From: Eledone cirrhosa
Taxonomy: Eukaryota
Length of the DNA stretch: 64,000 bases
NCBI GenBank assembly: GCA_964016885.1
Contig: OZ024756.1
Location: forward strand, 27,652,001-27,716,000
Direction of reading: 5' to 3'
Made by a program: the position numbers and the translations under genes. The notes below the pieces were generated by a model. That model did no database searches. It saw nothing but the letters and a program-made list of their open reading frames with translations, and was not told the DNA's origin. Positions 62,380-64,000 of this stretch are shown here, one piece after another. Each line of letters opens with the position of its first letter. Positions within the stretch are counted from its first letter, which is position 1.

Positions 62380-62571
62380 TGTATGTGGTTGTATGTGAAG
62401 GTATATATGTATATATATATGTATATATATTATATACATACATATATATATACATATACATATATATATACATATATATATATACATATCATATTATACA
62501 TATATAACACATATATATATACATATATATATAACACATATATATACATATATACACATATATATATATAC

Positions 62572-62618
<47 letters not shown>

Positions 62619-62878
62619 GATATATTGCATATTATATATACATATATACATATACATATATATATATATACATATACATATCTATATATACATATATATA
62701 TATACACATACATATATATATATATACATATATTTGTATGCATACATATATATATATATTTTGTATATAACATATAACTAGAGTATATATACATATATAC
62801 TAGAGTATATATATATATGTTATAACATATATACTAGAGTATATATATATAATATGTATATATACATATATACTAGAG

Positions 62879-62911
<33 letters not shown>

Positions 62912-63276
62912 GTATGTATGTATATATGTATGTATGTATATATATATGTATGTATAATATATGTATGTATATATATATATGTATATATATATGTATGTAT
63001 ATATATATGTATGTAAACATATATATATATGTATGTATACATATATATTTATGTATACACATATATATATGTTACACATATAATATGTATGTATACATAT
63101 ATATATATATGTATGTATACATACATTTATATAAATATGTATGTATACATATATATATATATATGTATACATATATATATATATGTATACATACATTTAT
63201 ATAAATATATGTATGTATACATATATATATATATATGTATGTATACATACATTTATATAAATATATGTATGTATAC

Positions 63277-63308
<32 letters not shown>

Positions 63309-63418
63309 ACATATATATATGTATGTATACATACATTTATATAAATATATGTATGTATACATACATATATATATATGTATACATAAATATATATATGTAT
63401 ACATATATATATATATAT
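62380..63418. repeat. (TA)/(TATG)-rich low-complexity tract
   Basis: Direct reading. Confidence 0.95.
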
Positions 63419-64000
63419 CCCCTTTTCGAGGTGCGCATCGTCGTCGGCGGCAGCGTCAGCGGATTTGCCATTCTGTGACGACACACACACACACACACAC
63501 AGACACACACACACACACCACACACACACACATATATATAAGAAAAAGAGGGGTTGGGAACGCTCCCTCTTCCCCTCTGTCATCTGTTGCTCCACATAAC
63601 CACTGTAACCCACCACTACAAATATTTCTACCCTCAGTGATTACCTCCCTTCTCCCTCAGAGAGAGATATACATATAGATAGAAAGAGAGATAGCGACTT
63701 CTGCTAGACACAGCAAACACTTGTGGGACCTTGACTCAATTTGGCTTGTTAGTTTTTTCCAAGTTTCTTCTTCAATCAGCATTCTTGTGATTTTTTCCAC
63801 CAAAAAAATGGTATGTCCCCCAAAATTTTCACTTCTATTTTCTTAATTAAACATTTATGTTTATTTTCCAAGGTTTAAATTATAAGTAGTTGTTTGTATT
63901 TTCAAGTTTTTTTTATTTTTCTTGTGGTGTGGTTGGTCTTTTTAGGCATTAGAAAGTGGCCATGCTGGTGCAAAATTTTCTCGAGTATAGTTGATTATGT

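Overview
Repeat-saturated, AT-rich eukaryotic genomic DNA with no recognisable host gene. The SINE families and microsatellite load resemble octopod cephalopod genomes (inference from memory, not verified). The core (7.8-35.1 kb) is a cluster of seven Tx1/L1-clade non-LTR retrotransposon copies in two convergent head-to-tail arrays. The + strand array (A0, A1, A2, A3) is joined by (ATT)n tracts and includes two near-identical full-length copies, one (A2) fully intact. The - strand array (B1, B2, B3) holds mutually diverged, decayed copies joined by (CTAT)n tracts. This points to two sister lineages that target different microsatellites and re-insert at their own tails. Also present: Penelope-like fold-back elements carrying minimal hammerhead ribozymes, a ~3.9 kb 63-bp satellite apparently derived from a SINE body, 40-bp and 21-bp tandem arrays, many tRNA-derived SINEs, and hAT, Helitron, mariner, RTE and CRE remnants. 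A 200-N gap is flanked by a probable false duplication. Most ORFs in the supplied track are simple-repeat or antisense artefacts.
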